Shown here piece by piece: positions 62,291 to 64,000 of a DNA stretch of 64,000 bases. Position 1 is the first letter of the stretch. Each line of letters starts with the position of its first letter. The position numbers and the translations under genes are program-made. Location of the stretch: contig NC_068989.1 in NCBI RefSeq assembly GCF_001194135.2, positions 58,688,308 to 58,752,307 on the forward strand, given 5' to 3'. The stretch comes from Octopus bimaculoides. Its lineage: Eukaryota. The notes under the pieces are model-generated. The model was given only the letters and a program-made list of their open reading frames with translations. It ran no database searches and was not told the DNA's origin.

Positions 62291-62669
62291 ACATCAATAA
62301 TAGTATAGTTACAATGTAGTAATATCTGTTTATATTGATTTATTACAAGTGATACTGGAGTAGCGACACGATGAAAATAAAAACCTTTTCAGGGTTATAA
62401 GAATGCAGTATGTGGGATCAATTCATTTGTTAGAAACTGGGAATTTATTTTATATATATATATATAATACGATATTAGGATAAAAACTTTATAAGAATTT
62501 ATCAAGTAGTTAGCGTGAAAAAACCTCATGAGGGGGAAAAAAACCCATCATTTCTCCCCATAAATATTGCATTCCCTCGCGATCGGTACAAATGTACTTA
62601 TGGTAGTTTTGACTTTTGGAGTCCCTCTTAGCGTGAGGCATTATTGTATAGTAATGCCCTTATATAAAT

Positions 62670-62709
<40 letters not shown>

Positions 62710-63957
62710 AAGAAAATAAATATTTTCAAACAGATTTTTTCGTCAAGACGACACGAACAAAGAAAAGTATAATCCTTATTGTGAATTAAGATTTGGTCGT
62801 ATAAAAAGCATACAGTAACCGCTTGAAGCTAAAATACATTGGATTGTGAGTTCGTAACATATTGCAGCTATACATAATGTCTGGGCAAGTAATTTAACTA
62901 AGCAATTAGTTACGTGGCTAATCCAGACACAAAAATACAGATAATGTTATAAGATATATTTAATATAGTGAGTAAAGAGGGAGAAATTGGAGAACCGACA
63001 CCAGATGTTTTATGGTAATCAAATTACGCGTCTGTCATTTCTGCTCTTCCTTGGCTTTATCTTTCATTCCGTCATATCCTTCATCATGTTGAAAGGCGTC
63101 ACTAAAATAAGTATTTCTAATATACTACAGTCTAATTAAATATATCACGCATTTTCCTAAATAAAGAATTAAACTCCTAATATAAGTTTTGCTTCTCTGT
63201 CCGCCAGCGAATATTTTCCAGTTTCTGCTGCATGTGAACAATTTTAATATTTCTTTCATTATATCTACTGCGACTGAACAATTTAATTCCACTTAACAAT
63301 ATTTATTACCCAAACATGGCTATTTTAATACACATATGTGATAATAGTTAAGATTATTGGGTATTAGTAAAACTTGTTTAAAAGCTAACTTTCATTCAGT
63401 CTGTTTATGGATGGCTTTTGACGAAGATTGCGATTAATCATGGCATATCGTTTTCCGAACATCTATTCTAATTTACATCATTAGTTATTCTAAATGATTA
63501 TATTAGTTATGATCTTATCTTGAGTAAGATATTAGTGTATGGCGCTTCCTGTAAAATAGAGCAGGGACCTAATTTATTTCGATAAAAATTATATTACGTG
63601 GCGAGGTAATTTGTACGCTGGTGTAACATTAACTGATAAATTAGTTCTTGTAATTTTGTTTAAACTACATCTGCCGTTGTTGGTAGCAGTGGAATAAAAT
63701 TGGTAATACGGTAGAAATTTAAATAAGATTTATCTTTTGTTGTTTGTGTTAGTAGGAAAATGCCAGAATCAGTATTATATCATTAGCTAAGTCCTAAGTT
63801 TAGATAATCCGGAGTTAACCACATATTTCTTTGAAGATCAGTATATATACATATATATTAACGTTTATCGAATATATTATATTTTTACCTCAAAATATGA
63901 GGATTTGTGATAAAAATCACGTGTCGATTTTGTCTCTCCAGTGACAATAAACCACAG

Positions 63958-63958
63958 T

Positions 63959-64000
<42 letters not shown>
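63958..64000. repeat. (ACT)n microsatellite
   Basis: Direct reading. Confidence 0.97.

Overview
AT-rich, repeat-saturated eukaryotic DNA from a gapped short-read assembly. Ten N-gaps are present, nearly all flanked by (TA)n, (CA)n or (CT)n. The tRNA-derived SINE families look like those of octopus (coleoid cephalopod); this is recalled similarity, not a database result. No host protein-coding gene is confidently supported, so the window is intergenic or part of a very large intron, and most ORFs in the supplied track are microsatellite or gap artefacts. Recognisable content is layered transposon debris: a near full-length mariner, two Tc1 remnants, hAT and pogo traces, a 5'-truncated L1/Tx1 LINE, R4/Dong-like RLE LINE remnants, three RTE 3' ends with C2H2 fingers, a CR1/L2/Jockey RT remnant, a Gypsy pol remnant, three Penelope-like (PLE) remnants and about 25 SINE pieces from at least four families. 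The most notable signal is a set of minimal hammerhead-ribozyme motifs of the Penelope type in several unrelated repeats: a tRNA-headed SINE (53443-53488), a ~330-bp dispersed repeat (5120-5173, decayed copy near 6630) and a pLTR-like repeat (32729-32763). This suggests PLE-mobilised, ribozyme-bearing non-autonomous elements (inference). A perfect 51-bp-stem hairpin (35694-35812) is also unexplained. Element boundaries are approximate unless stated.
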